A DNA stretch of 64,000 nucleotides from Candidatus Lloydbacteria bacterium RIFCSPHIGHO2_02_FULL_50_18 (GTDB lineage: Bacteria > Patescibacteriota > Minisyncoccia > Phycocordibacterales > UBA6899), in NCBI GenBank assembly GCA_001821395.1, contig MHLM01000001.1:128001-192000 (forward strand). The letters are read 5' to 3'. A program made the translations under genes and the position numbers. Below, in pieces: positions 27,531 through 37,807 of this stretch. The notes beneath the pieces are model-generated. The model saw only the letters and a program-made list of their open reading frames with translations. It searched no databases and had not been told where the DNA came from. Positions within the stretch are counted from its first letter, which is position 1, and each line of letters begins with the position of its first letter.

Positions 27531-27637
27531 GGCAGGATTCGAAGCCGTTCTCCCATGTTTTTGAGCGATGGCTTTGCATCGTGAAAAAATGGGCGACATT
27601 GTTTACTTGCGAACAAACCGACCCTATGGTCGGTTTT
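27531..27637 (+). repeat. tRNA-3'-end-derived repeat unit (Tyr locus, copy 2, ending in a terminator-like hairpin)
   Basis: The first 33 nt (GGCAGGATTCGAAGCCGTTCTCCCATgTTTtTGA) are nearly identical to the unit after tRNA-Lys at 40785. The unit ends with aaaccgaccctatggtcggtttt. Confidence 0.55.
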
Positions 27638-27663
27638 ACGTATGGTGTCCAGATATATGCCCT

Positions 27664-29778
27664 CTAAATAGCACCACTCTTACATTGCTTACATAAGTCA
27701 CGTACATTCTCGGGAACATAATCACACGACGGTGCGAGTTTGAAATTCTCGCAGACATTTGCGGGCATTCCGCCACCCGACGCGCCAGCAGGAGGCATCA
27801 TACCGGTCGGAATTCCTGCGGGAAGCTCTCCGCTCTTTGGAACTCCCTCGGGACGATAACCTGCTTCGGGGATGCCCTCCTTAGGAATACCCGCTGGCAT
27901 TCCGGCAGGTCTAAAACTCTGCATGCACTCAGCGATAAACGGCTGTACGTCTTCCGGTCCTCGTATTGTAGAAACATCACCGATCTTCGACTTGATACAG
28001 TCACGCATTTCCGCTGGCGCCTGCTCGAGCATCTTATCCATTATTGCAGTCGCATTAGCCGCACATGATTGAAATGCATTCCCCATGTCGGGAGAAAGCT
28101 CGATGCCGTCTCCATTCATGATCTTTTCTACGACATCTTTTCCAAGTTTCTCTTCGATACATGCGCGCATTTCCGGCGGCATCTTCTCAAGACCTTCGCG
28201 CGCCTGTTGCATTCCGCTCTCACGCATGGACTCAAAACACTTTCTCACGATATCTCCGCTTTGCGCATCCATTTCCCCACCCGAAAGCATCTTATCGAGC
28301 CCGCTCGACCCAAGCCCTTTTTCGATACAGGCTTTTGCCTCGGGTGTTGCGATATCCATCGCTGCACTTATCTTTTCTTTTATCTTAGGCATCATATCTG
28401 CCATGCAACCCTTGATCAACTGACCCATATTTTGTGTGGGCATGAACGTACCTTCTGATATCTTTGCCAGCGCTTCTTCTCCTAATTTTTCCTTTAGGCA
28501 TACACGCGCTTCTTCAGGAAGCTGCGGCAAACCGGCACGCAATTGACCCATTCCATCTTTGATCTCTTTCAATTGCTCGGCTGGAATGAGGCCATACTTT
28601 TCGGCAAACTTAAAACATTCTTCCTGGTGCGACGTATCATTACAATACGCCTCACAAGTTTCACGAGAACGGCACCCACCGGGACCCTCTCCGCCGGTCT
28701 TCCTCGCCATCTCGGCATCTTCCTTTGAAATGAGCCCTGCTTTCTCGGCGAAGTTCACACATTCATCGGCATGATCACTTTCGGAACAATATGCTTCACA
28801 AAGCGCTTTTGTTGTGCACTTTCCGGGAGTTTCACCCGACTTCATAAATGGGAGTACTCTGCGCGACTCTGCGACATCTTTTGGATCAATGAACCCTGCT
28901 TTCTCGGCAAACGTGAGACATTCATCAGCATGGGTCGTATCAGCGCAATATGATTCACATGATTTTTTGTCTGTGCAGCCACCCGGAAGCGTCGCGCCTT
29001 CTGCAAGTACTCTGGATATCCGTTTCGCGTCCTGCAATACATCTTTCGGTATCAGGTTGTGTCGTTCTGCAAATAAGAGGCATTCATCCAAATGCGCGAC
29101 TCCATTGCAGTACGCCTCGCATGTTTTTTGGTCCTTACATGCACCGGGACCGTCTCCTCGGAGAACATCGGCAAACTCCCTCGCGCGAGCAGCCTCTTCC
29201 TTTGAGATCATGCCATTTTCTTCCGCATAATCCGTACACGCTACGATGTGCGCCTTGTCATCACAGTACGTCTTGCAGGACGACTGGTCCTTACAATTTC
29301 CGAGCTTAGTGATGGGAAATTTATTCTTCTCAGTTTCCGATCGCTGCAGATGCCCGACCGCACCAAACACACTATCGGTCACGACACCGTCATTGGTGAA
29401 CGTATACACGCGCCCCCACAAATTCAACCTCATATCATCGGGACGCTGCGTCTGATACGAAGTGGAATATATCCCTTTTGTACCCTCGTTGAAACCACTG
29501 ACGCTCCAGTTCATGTCGGCGGCAGTGTATCGAATCGTATATATTTTTCCTGCCATGAGCGTTCCCATGGGGTCGCTCGAACCCTTCCAGCCGGAATCAT
29601 CAAAATTGGCTGTATCAAAATTCACGTAAAATGTTTTTCCCGACTTGATGTACGACTGCCATGGCCCGAGTTCGGGTGCCGCAAACGCAACGATCACCGA
29701 GCTCATGAATATTCCCGCACAAACGATCAGCACTGCAATGTGTCCTGCGAGCACATTCTTCATGTGAAAATTTTTCAT
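27664..29778 (-). CDS. secreted cysteine-rich repeat protein (705 aa): signal peptide, beta-rich domain, six Cys4-His repeats, four helical Cys repeats, Pro/Gly-rich tail
   Basis: Six roughly 45-aa repeats of the form C-x5-C-x3-YC-x4-H-x3-EC-x2-FAEK..LI. Then four EMRxCIExKLG-type repeats. The C-terminus is PAGIPxEGxP-rich. Start taken at MKNFHMKNVLAGHIAVLIVCAG. Confidence 0.6.
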   Translation of the reverse strand: MKNFHMKNVLAGHIAVLIVCAGIFMSSVIVAFAAPELGPWQSYIKSGKTFYVNFDTANFDDSGWKGSSDPMGTLMAGKIYTIRYTAADMNWSVSGFNEGTKGIYSTSYQTQRPDDMRLNLWGRVYTFTNDGVVTDSVFGAVGHLQRSETEKNKFPITKLGNCKDQSSCKTYCDDKAHIVACTDYAEENGMISKEEAARAREFADVLRGDGPGACKDQKTCEAYCNGVAHLDECLLFAERHNLIPKDVLQDAKRISRVLAEGATLPGGCTDKKSCESYCADTTHADECLTFAEKAGFIDPKDVAESRRVLPFMKSGETPGKCTTKALCEAYCSESDHADECVNFAEKAGLISKEDAEMARKTGGEGPGGCRSRETCEAYCNDTSHQEECFKFAEKYGLIPAEQLKEIKDGMGQLRAGLPQLPEEARVCLKEKLGEEALAKISEGTFMPTQNMGQLIKGCMADMMPKIKEKISAAMDIATPEAKACIEKGLGSSGLDKMLSGGEMDAQSGDIVRKCFESMRESGMQQAREGLEKMPPEMRACIEEKLGKDVVEKIMNGDGIELSPDMGNAFQSCAANATAIMDKMLEQAPAEMRDCIKSKIGDVSTIRGPEDVQPFIAECMQSFRPAGMPAGIPKEGIPEAGYRPEGVPKSGELPAGIPTGMMPPAGASGGGMPANVCENFKLAPSCDYVPENVRDLCKQCKSGAI

Positions 29779-29782
29779 ATCG

Positions 29783-30070
29783 CTAGAAAGGATTCTGATA
29801 AGTGTCGGTATACGGATTGACCGTTTTTTCGAACGGATTCGTATCAGGCATCTTTTCGACTGGATTGGATGCACCAGTTTTTTGATAAATATCTCCACCA
29901 AAAGATTCGGCGGGTACCGCCTCTGCCGGTGTGGCATTTGTATCACTTCCTGATAATGTGTTGTCGGTCCCCTTTTGAGAAGTACCGAAATAAAACCAAA
30001 ACATAAACCCTAAAATGACGGCGAACACGAGCGCGGCAAGCGCAAGTAGTACATTTTTTTTCATGATCAA
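29783..30070 (-). CDS. small secreted/membrane-anchored hypothetical protein
   Basis: N-terminal hydrophobic helix MKKNVLLALAALVFAVILGFMFWFYF, with a low-complexity Thr/Pro/Asn-rich remainder. Its stop lies 4 nt before the start of the repeat-protein gene. Confidence 0.4.
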   Translation of the reverse strand: MIMKKNVLLALAALVFAVILGFMFWFYFGTSQKGTDNTLSGSDTNATPAEAVPAESFGGDIYQKTGASNPVEKMPDTNPFEKTVNPYTDTYQNPF

Positions 30071-30227
30071 ATTTTATCATATCAAAAAGTATAGTGCGAA
30101 CAGCCGGACTCCACTATGTCGTACCTGATCGACAACATATCGTTACAGAGACACATCTTTACCAGGATCTCGATCATCAATTCAAAACGATGAGCTGTGA
30201 CCATAATGACCCAGCGACTCTGCTCAA

Positions 30228-30258
30228 AGAAAAACCGGCGTTCGCCGGTTTTTCTTTA
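30228..30258 (-). terminator. bidirectional hairpin terminator immediately after the clpB stop
   Basis: aaagaaaaaccggcg-ttcg-ccggtttttctttatt. Confidence 0.55.
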
Positions 30259-32943
30259 TTACACCTTCACATTGGACTTCACTCTCACTTTTGAGCGAAT
30301 GGGTTCTCTCTTTTTGTCCACCTTGATGTCGATCTCTTCGCCTTTCATTCCGACAGTGACTAACCCCCCGGACATCATACGTTCTCTGATGATCGCTGAA
30401 GCGACCGGAGTGAGGATCTTGTCTTGGATCAGTCTGCGAAGCGGCCGCGCACCATACTGCGGATTGTATCCGGCCTTTGCAAGATAGCCGAGCGCATCAT
30501 TCGAGATGACCAGCTTGATTTCTTTCGTGAGCAATCGTTCACGAAGTTTTTCAACCTGTAGCGTGACAATATTCTTCAGCGCTTCAGGAGAAAGAATATC
30601 AAACATGATGATGTCATCGAGACGATTCAGAAACTCGGGTCTGAAGTAATCTTTCAACCGAAGCATCACCTTGTCCTTGGTCTGGGTATATTCCTCCGCA
30701 TCGTTCGCATTACCAAAGCCGATCGTCTGCATCTTGTCGATGAATTCGCTTCCGATATTGGAAGTCATCACAATGACGGTATTCTTAAAGTTGACAACGC
30801 GACCCTTGGAATCAGTGAGTCGTCCATCGTCTAAGACTTGAAGCAGGATGTTGAATACCTCAGGATGGGCTTTTTCTATTTCGTCGAAAAGAATGACGGA
30901 GTACGGGCGATGGCGCACCATTTCAGTCAAATTGCCTGACTCTTCATAGCCCACATAGCCGGGAGGAGCTCCGATCAGCTTGGAAACGGCAAATTTCTCC
31001 ATGTATTCGGACATATCAACACGGATCATCGACTTCTCATCGTCGAAGAGAAATCCCGTAAGCGCCTTGGTAAGTTCGGTCTTACCGACTCCTGTTGGAC
31101 CCAAAAAGAGGAACGATCCAATCGGTCGACCCGGGTCGGCGATGCCGACACGCGAACGCTTGATAGCATCGGCGATCTTTTGGATGGCCGCATCCTGCCC
31201 GACCACGCGCTTGCGCAGCTCGTCCTCGATGCGGTTCAGCTTGGATGCCTCTTCCTCAAGCATGCGCGACAAAGGAACTCCGGTCCATTTCGAAACAACT
31301 TTGGCGATGTCCGGCTCGGTCACCTCCTCGTGCAATATCCGCCGTGAGCTTTGCAATTTTTTTAACTTGGCGGTTTTCTCGATCAGCGATTTTTCCAGTG
31401 CGGGAATTTTCCCATAACGGATCTCTGCCGCCTTCGCAAGATCACTACGCAATTCAGCATTTTCAGCCTCGAGTCGAAATGTTTCAAGCTCTTTTTTGAT
31501 ATTGCGGAGTGCTAACACAAGCTCTTTTTCATTCTTCCATTTTAATTCAAATTCACGCGTTTCTTCTTTGAGATCAGCAATCTCCTTGCTGATGATCTTC
31601 ATGCGGTCCTTTGCCTTTTTCCCCGCAGCGCCTTCGGACTCCTGTTTCAAGGCTTCATTTTCAATTTCCAGGCGCATGATCTTGCGATGTGTCTGCTCAA
31701 GGATCGTTGGCTTGTTTTCCAATTCGATGCGCAGTGACGATGCGGCTTCGTCGATAAGATCGACCGCCTTGTCGGGAAGAAAACGATCGGAGATATAACG
31801 GCTCGACAGATTCACTGCCGCCAAGATAGAGTCATCGGTGATCTTCACGCCGTGAAATATCTCGTATTTCTCCTTGAGTCCGCGCAAAATAGCCACCGCA
31901 TCCTCGATCGAGGGTTCGTTGATATAGACCGGCTGAAAACGTCGCGTAAGCGCCGGGTCCTTTTCGATATATTTTTGATACTCCTTAAGTGTGGTCGCAC
32001 CGATCGCGCGAAGTTCCCCTCGCGCAAGTGCAGGTTTCAGCATATTTGAGGCATCCATTGCCCCTTCTGCCGCACCGGCTCCGACGATAGTATGGATCTC
32101 ATCGATGAAAAGAATGATCTTTCCTTCAGACCTCTCGATCTCCTTCATGATGGCCTTCAGGCGCTCCTCGAATTCTCCGCGGTATTTCGTACCCGCGATC
32201 AGGAGACCAAGATCAAGTGAAACAAGCTCCTTATCCCGCAAAAATTCGGGAATATCTCCTTTTGCGATACGTTGTGCAAGACCCTCAACGGCTGCGGTCT
32301 TTCCCGTTCCTGCCTCACCGATGAGTATGGGATTATTTTTTGTACGACGAGAAAGAATCTGAATGATACGGCTGATCTCTTCGTCTCGGCCAACGACGGG
32401 ATCGAGCTTGTCTTCCTTGGCAAGCTTCGTGAGCGAGCGCGTGTACTTTCCGATAGCGCGCATTTTCTTTTGCCCTTCGCCTTCGCCATTTCCGCTATCA
32501 CGCAGCTCATAGAGTACGCGCAAAACACTTTCTTTATCGATGCGAAATTTCGCTATGATCTCCTGCGCACCTGACGGGACGTTCATGAGCGAAAGAAAAA
32601 GATGCTCGGTTGAAATGAATTGATCGCTCAACTCCTTTGCAACCGCTTGCGACGCTTCAAGTGCTTGTGCGAGCTCGGGAGTAAGATACAGCTGATAGGA
32701 CGAGGCGGTCTGACTGCTCGGCTGATTTCCCTCCTCAAGAGTCTCGATGATCGTCTCCGTCATGATGACGGGATCGATATCGAGCTTCTCGAGAATAGAC
32801 AGAACCATACTCTCATCCTGGAGCACAAGACCCGCCAAAAGATGGACTGGTGTGACATGAGTCTGCCCACGCTCAATGGCGAGCTCGTGGGCACGCCTAA
32901 TCGCATCTCTCGCTTTTGTGGTGAAATTATTGAATGGTGGCAT
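30259..32943 (-). CDS. clpB: chaperone ClpB (two AAA+ modules plus coiled-coil M-domain)
   Basis: N-domain, D1 ([16 protein letters not shown]), long coiled-coil M-domain, D2 ([18 protein letters not shown]). Size is typical at 894 aa. Confidence 0.9.
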   Translation of the reverse strand: MPPFNNFTTKARDAIRRAHELAIERGQTHVTPVHLLAGLVLQDESMVLSILEKLDIDPVIMTETIIETLEEGNQPSSQTASSYQLYLTPELAQALEASQAVAKELSDQFISTEHLFLSLMNVPSGAQEIIAKFRIDKESVLRVLYELRDSGNGEGEGQKKMRAIGKYTRSLTKLAKEDKLDPVVGRDEEISRIIQILSRRTKNNPILIGEAGTGKTAAVEGLAQRIAKGDIPEFLRDKELVSLDLGLLIAGTKYRGEFEERLKAIMKEIERSEGKIILFIDEIHTIVGAGAAEGAMDASNMLKPALARGELRAIGATTLKEYQKYIEKDPALTRRFQPVYINEPSIEDAVAILRGLKEKYEIFHGVKITDDSILAAVNLSSRYISDRFLPDKAVDLIDEAASSLRIELENKPTILEQTHRKIMRLEIENEALKQESEGAAGKKAKDRMKIISKEIADLKEETREFELKWKNEKELVLALRNIKKELETFRLEAENAELRSDLAKAAEIRYGKIPALEKSLIEKTAKLKKLQSSRRILHEEVTEPDIAKVVSKWTGVPLSRMLEEEASKLNRIEDELRKRVVGQDAAIQKIADAIKRSRVGIADPGRPIGSFLFLGPTGVGKTELTKALTGFLFDDEKSMIRVDMSEYMEKFAVSKLIGAPPGYVGYEESGNLTEMVRHRPYSVILFDEIEKAHPEVFNILLQVLDDGRLTDSKGRVVNFKNTVIVMTSNIGSEFIDKMQTIGFGNANDAEEYTQTKDKVMLRLKDYFRPEFLNRLDDIIMFDILSPEALKNIVTLQVEKLRERLLTKEIKLVISNDALGYLAKAGYNPQYGARPLRRLIQDKILTPVASAIIRERMMSGGLVTVGMKGEEIDIKVDKKREPIRSKVRVKSNVKV

Positions 32944-33017
32944 ATGAGTTTACGGTTGAATATAATACTTTTTGTCTGATAACCGCTACAATACAATATA
33001 TCTTTCTATTGTCAACA

Positions 33018-33929
33018 CTACGATGCGCTCACGATATCCTTGGGTTCCCCCGAAGTGGGTGTGGACTGTGCAACACCTGATGAAACTGCGGTAACAAGCT
33101 CAAGGATGCGCGATGCCGGATAGATTGCCAGACCTGTCCCCACCAGAGGATTCACCACAATACCAACCGCCTGTGCATCGAGATTGACCACGAGAGCGCC
33201 GGCATAATCCTCCGGAATCTTTGGATTCGTGTCTATCGCGGTGACGTGGTCGGGGGTCGTCGTGCTTTCGCTTTTCGTATAATGGAATTTCGAAAGTGTC
33301 CCCTTAAAAACCCCCGCTCCGTCCGCTCCACCCAACGCAATGATCGTTTGCGCTATTTTCGCATCAGTCTGCCGCCCAAAGGTCACGGAATCGAATATAT
33401 CGGAAGGTATCGTGTCACTGATCTTGAGCAACGCGAGCGGAGTCTTCCCGATCGCATCGTGCTTGATCGGTACCGCCAGATAGGATCTCTCTCCGATGGT
33501 AATGCGATAGCTGGCGAGTACAACAGACTCAACGGAGATGCTCTTTTGGTCTGCAACAATCACACCATCACGAGATACCACAAATCCCGTTGCGAGCGGA
33601 GGAGTGCCTGTCGCCTCTGCCGCAGCAAAGATGAGCGCGATACGAGGCTGATTTTTTTCCACAGCAGCAACAATAAAATCGTCTTCCTTGGCATAGATGG
33701 TTACCTCCTTCGTGATAGTTGTGACCGGCCTTACCGTCGAACTTTCCGGGGTACTCGATCCTGTTACGACACGTTCGATCGTGCGCTCTACTACGCGATT
33801 GACTGTTTGCGTCAGCGTCGGCGGTGCCTCTTCGAGCATAGCAACGGTGATCACTCCCGTGCCAACAGAAACCACGAATGAGGTAAGCATCGTGAGAAGG
33901 ATCATCTGTTTGTTATTGAGCTCATCCAT
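33018..33929 (-). CDS. membrane-anchored protein with weak HtrA/trypsin-like fold resemblance; catalytic His and Ser apparently absent
   Basis: N-terminal TM (MILLTMLTSFVVSVGTGVITVAML). Segments GFVVSRDGVIVAD and IIALGGADGAGVF sit where HtrA has the catalytic His and the GNSGG Ser; both are replaced. Confidence 0.35.
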   Translation of the reverse strand: MDELNNKQMILLTMLTSFVVSVGTGVITVAMLEEAPPTLTQTVNRVVERTIERVVTGSSTPESSTVRPVTTITKEVTIYAKEDDFIVAAVEKNQPRIALIFAAAEATGTPPLATGFVVSRDGVIVADQKSISVESVVLASYRITIGERSYLAVPIKHDAIGKTPLALLKISDTIPSDIFDSVTFGRQTDAKIAQTIIALGGADGAGVFKGTLSKFHYTKSESTTTPDHVTAIDTNPKIPEDYAGALVVNLDAQAVGIVVNPLVGTGLAIYPASRILELVTAVSSGVAQSTPTSGEPKDIVSAS

Positions 33930-34013
33930 GAGAACAGTATATCGTATTATAAATAAAGTATCGAGTACAAAAATCCGCCCCCATGGTGGGACGGCTTATG
34001 CTAAAAAGACAGC

Positions 34014-34589
34014 CTAGAGACGACGAGAAACGACTTCCCAGTCGATCGAAGCCCAGAATGCCTCAATATAATCAGCACGCTTTACCCCGTAATCAAGCAC
34101 GAACGCATGTTCAAAAACATCCATCACCAAAAGCGGTGTCGCGCCGGCCAAATGCCCCGTATCGTGTTCATTGATCCATACGTTGAAGAGCGCATCGGAC
34201 TCCTTATCGTGAACGAGCATTGCCCAACCAATACCTCGCATTGCACCCGTAGCCTTGAAATCTTTTTCCCATGCACCCACACTTCCCCAGGTTGAGATAA
34301 TCTTTTGCATGAGAGGATGCCCTTCGGCTATCATCTTTCCCATGGAAGCCATATTTCCGAAATAAAGTTCGTGCAAACGCATGCCATCATACTCCCACCC
34401 GAATCTCCGCTTGAGTTCAGCATATTCGGGAGTTGTGAATGCTCCATCTGCAGATAATGAATTTAATTTCTCAACAAGCGCATTCGTATTCTTGACATAA
34501 CCCTCATAGAGACCAAAATGATTTTTCAGTAATGCGTCGCTAAAACCCTTTGTCCCCAAAAGATACTCGAACTTTTTTGCTGTGTACAT
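34014..34589 (-). CDS. sod: Fe/Mn superoxide dismutase
   Basis: C-terminal DVFEHAF (the D-x-W-E-H metal-ligand motif) and LHELYFGNM. Typical length. Confidence 0.7.
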   Translation of the reverse strand: MYTAKKFEYLLGTKGFSDALLKNHFGLYEGYVKNTNALVEKLNSLSADGAFTTPEYAELKRRFGWEYDGMRLHELYFGNMASMGKMIAEGHPLMQKIISTWGSVGAWEKDFKATGAMRGIGWAMLVHDKESDALFNVWINEHDTGHLAGATPLLVMDVFEHAFVLDYGVKRADYIEAFWASIDWEVVSRRL

Positions 34590-34642
34590 AATTGCTCTGT
34601 TAATTATAAAAATATTTTAATGATCATACCGATTCTAACATA

Positions 34643-35392
34643 CTATTCGGTCATGACTTTTCCCCACAATTCGCGATCAAGACTTTCTTTCCCGTGTGTC
34701 AAAATAAAATAATTAAGGTACATGAACGGGATGTTGAGCAATCCCACGACCCACTTGAGTACGAGCTGCCCCCAGATCAGCGCCAACATAAGTTCCATAC
34801 TCACACCAACATATGCAATAAAAACAAAAAGCACACTATCAATCGTTAGTGCGGGAATCGTCGAGATAACGTTGCGTAACCATAAATGTTTTCCATGGGT
34901 ACGTTCTTTGAACCACGCATAGATATACGCATCGATATTTTCCGAGATGAAAAAGGCGACCCATGATGCGATGGTCATCTGGGGAACAACGACAAAGAGG
35001 CTATCCCAATATTTTCCTTGTTCACTCCAAAACGGATGAGGTTCGAACTGTGCACCAAGCCAGAGAAAGAAGACCATCGCCATCTGAGCAATGAGCGCAA
35101 TGAAGATCATGCGCTGCGTTGCCTTGCGTCCGAATCGTTCATTGACGATATCGGTAAGCAGAAATGTCACAGAAAATACCAATACTCCCGCTGAGGTGGT
35201 GAACAAACCCATGCTGCCGAGATCGAACGAAGCAACTTTGGTCGCGAGTATTTGTGACATCAGTACGAACGCAACGTACAGTCCGACCAAGAGGTCCGAA
35301 CTTCCCAGCCTGCGTGCATACAAGCTTCCGAGCAACGTAAAGCTCGTTACTCCTATGACCCAATACGCAAAAAGAGGAATCAGCATATGCAA
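34643..35392 (-). CDS. queuosine-precursor transporter (YhhQ/DUF165 family) membrane protein
   Basis: Polytopic membrane protein carrying the family-typical TDIVNERFGRK and FISENIDAYIY segments. Confidence 0.55.
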   Translation of the reverse strand: MHMLIPLFAYWVIGVTSFTLLGSLYARRLGSSDLLVGLYVAFVLMSQILATKVASFDLGSMGLFTTSAGVLVFSVTFLLTDIVNERFGRKATQRMIFIALIAQMAMVFFLWLGAQFEPHPFWSEQGKYWDSLFVVVPQMTIASWVAFFISENIDAYIYAWFKERTHGKHLWLRNVISTIPALTIDSVLFVFIAYVGVSMELMLALIWGQLVLKWVVGLLNIPFMYLNYFILTHGKESLDRELWGKVMTE

Positions 35393-35406
35393 CCATTATA
35401 CGATTC

Positions 35407-36621
35407 CTATACCAATGCAACAACGAGTGTTTTACGGATCTCCAGAAGCGCGAAAAGAAAGAGGTCGATATCTTTTTTTGTTGTGCTCCGCCCAAGACTG
35501 ATGCGCAGACCGCTTGGCTCTCCGTCATGCCCTGCGGCCTGAAGCGCCATCAGTACGTGAGAATGTTCCGCATCTGCTTCATTGCATGCACTCTTGGTTG
35601 AAACGGCTATACCCTTCGCATCGAGTGCGATCGTAACAAATTCATGATCGGCACCACGGAGAGCAATATTTATATTATTGGGAAGTCGTGACGTAAGACT
35701 GCCGTTAATGGTCACATCTTCCTGCGTTTGAAGTTCCGCGATCAAATAATCTTGAAGTTGCATGAGGCGGTCGCATTCATTCCTTCTTTCGGACGCAGCG
35801 ATCCGTAGCGCCTCCGCGAATCCGACGATGAGCGGAATGTTCTCAGTCCCTGCACGTAATCCCCTCTCCTGACCTCCACCCGTGATCAACGGATAAACGG
35901 GGATCGTTCGTCCGACAAAAAGGAGCCCAATCCCCTTCGGTCCGTAAATTTTTGCCGCATTCAATGTCATAAGATCGACGCCAAGCTGCGGAACTCGAAG
36001 CTCAAGATAATTTGTCGCCTGGCACGCATCGGTATGAAACAGGGGGTAGCAATCATCGCCCTCCGCACGCACGTCGCGAGACGTCCCTCGTACTTCTTTT
36101 TTCCAATTGCGTATCGCACGTGCAATTGCTCGGATCGGCTGCACAACGCCGATCTCATTGTTCGCGTACCCGATTGAAATGATCACCGTATCCTTGGTTA
36201 TCGCACGAAGCAATTCATCAATGTCGATAATACCCTCTTTATCAACGGAAATAATGGAAAGCGTTGCACCTTCCCTCTCCAATGCGCGTGCCGCAGCGAG
36301 CACGGCATCATGCTCGATCGCGCAGACGACAATATGAGGGGTTTGCTCGGGATGATTCTGCCTCCACGACATCACCGTTCCCCTGAGCGCCAAATTACAG
36401 GATTCTGTTGCACTTCCCGTGAAAATTATTTCATCGGCATGCACCCCAAGTTCTTCTGCAATAGACCTTCGGGCATTCGCCATGGCACTCTTAGCAAGAA
36501 CACCCTCCTCGTGGATCGATGATGGGTTACCGAACGTTTCTCCCCAGTATAGGGCCATTGCTTTCTGCACCTCGGTTGAGACAGGTGTCGCGGCGGCATG
36601 ATCAAGATAAATGCGTTTCAT
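35407..36621 (-). CDS. iscS: cysteine desulfurase (class V aminotransferase, IscS/NifS-like)
   Basis: MKRIYLDHAAATP N-terminus, PLP-lysine region and C-terminal SxGSAC-type segment (STKSACN). Confidence 0.85.
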   Translation of the reverse strand: MKRIYLDHAAATPVSTEVQKAMALYWGETFGNPSSIHEEGVLAKSAMANARRSIAEELGVHADEIIFTGSATESCNLALRGTVMSWRQNHPEQTPHIVVCAIEHDAVLAAARALEREGATLSIISVDKEGIIDIDELLRAITKDTVIISIGYANNEIGVVQPIRAIARAIRNWKKEVRGTSRDVRAEGDDCYPLFHTDACQATNYLELRVPQLGVDLMTLNAAKIYGPKGIGLLFVGRTIPVYPLITGGGQERGLRAGTENIPLIVGFAEALRIAASERRNECDRLMQLQDYLIAELQTQEDVTINGSLTSRLPNNINIALRGADHEFVTIALDAKGIAVSTKSACNEADAEHSHVLMALQAAGHDGEPSGLRISLGRSTTKKDIDLFLFALLEIRKTLVVALV

Positions 36622-36715
36622 GTATTTTTCAGTCTATGATGCAACGCCTTGTTTGACAATATATTTTGAATACGTAACCTGAGGCAAGGATACTTCTTTC
36701 ATTTCAAGGAAATTT

Positions 36716-36973
36716 ATGATTTGGTCAATCGTGATTACGCTCGTGGTTGCACTTTGCGCAGGGTTCTGGCTCAAGTCCTCGGCACTTGCATGGCTTTCGG
36801 TATGCGCTGTCATCATCACGTTGATCCGCACCAACAAAAACGGTGACGCGTTAGCATTTGTCTACGCAATTATCGCAATCATCATCGCGTGGACTACGTT
36901 CTATTTTTCGACATACCAGCACTGGGTCGGCGATCTCTTTGGATATTTTATGAAAGAGTTCGTACTTCGATGA
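36716..36973 (+). CDS. small hypothetical membrane protein (85 aa, 3 TM)
   Basis: Entirely hydrophobic helices. A strong terminator lies at 36985-37010. Confidence 0.3.
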   Translation: MIWSIVITLVVALCAGFWLKSSALAWLSVCAVIITLIRTNKNGDALAFVYAIIAIIIAWTTFYFSTYQHWVGDLFGYFMKEFVLR

Positions 36974-37279
36974 GACACGAGGACGGCATGCCGTCCTTTT
37001 TATTTTTTTGCATAATAGTCCGCAGTTGATAGCATTGGGGTAGGACAAAATAGTACGAGGAGTTTCAGTGAAAGCACTCAAAAGTGAGCGAGCAAAAAGG
37101 ATATTGAGCGGCTGCAATGGTGCACACCAGGGGATGATGCGGACGCCCACACGCGGCGGGAGCGCAAAAGGTGAGTTTGATTGTCCGGTATGTCGTCAAA
37201 CCTTCAGGTGGGTGAAGGTACCCAAAGCCAAGTAGCACCCGAAAGGGTGTTTTTTGCAAATTTGGGAAGCTGGGCTATT

Positions 37280-37732
37280 ATGTACTGCATGACACCATCA
37301 CTCATCACCATTGTAATTCTGGGAATAGCAATTATCGTCCTCGTTGTATGGCTTATCTTGCTCGAGCGACGCATTGCCAAACTCGTCGGAGGGAGTGACG
37401 CATCTTCACTCGAAGACACTATCACCAAGAATCAGAAAGATCTCGGCGAACTGTTCGCATTCAAACAAGCGGTGGAAACCGAGATCAATGAGATCGACAA
37501 GCGAATGAAGAAAAAGCTTCACGGCGTGCGCATGCTCCGCTTCAACCCATTTCATGGCACCGGCTCCGGAGGAAACCAGAGCTTTGCCACTGCGTTTCTT
37601 GATGAAGAAGGCAACGGAGCAGTACTTTCTTCTCTCTACTCACGTGAAAAGGTCAGCATTTTTGCAAAACCGGTTGTCAACCGAACATCTGAGTTCGAAT
37701 TGAGCGAGGAAGAGAAAGAAGTACTCAAATAG
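37280..37732 (+). CDS. DUF4446-like small membrane protein
   Basis: N-terminal TM (LITIVILGIAIIVLVVWLILL), then a coiled coil and the segment RFNPFHGTGSGGNQSFATAFLDEEGNGAVLSSLY typical of this family. Confidence 0.4.
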   Translation: MYCMTPSLITIVILGIAIIVLVVWLILLERRIAKLVGGSDASSLEDTITKNQKDLGELFAFKQAVETEINEIDKRMKKKLHGVRMLRFNPFHGTGSGGNQSFATAFLDEEGNGAVLSSLYSREKVSIFAKPVVNRTSEFELSEEEKEVLK

Positions 37733-37807
37733 CTGAATAAGTTTGTTGTTGAGCCGTGGTTTCTCGACACTATTAATATTGTGTGGTAGTATCGCCATAT
37801 TGCAATT

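Noticed and set aside
34014-34589. Possibly inactive superoxide dismutase (first His ligand region reads KNHFGLY rather than HHxKHH)
   Set aside because: A one-residue shift keeps a His at the ligand position. The other three ligands (LHELYF, DVFEH) are intact. Kept as an ordinary Fe/Mn SOD.
37010-37280. GTG-initiated 62-aa ORF (KALKSERAKRILSGC...CPVCRQTF) that might be a small zinc-binding ribosomal protein
   Set aside because: No convincing match to the L32, L28 or L36 consensus, and it overlaps the extended frame of the DUF4446-like gene. Insufficient support.
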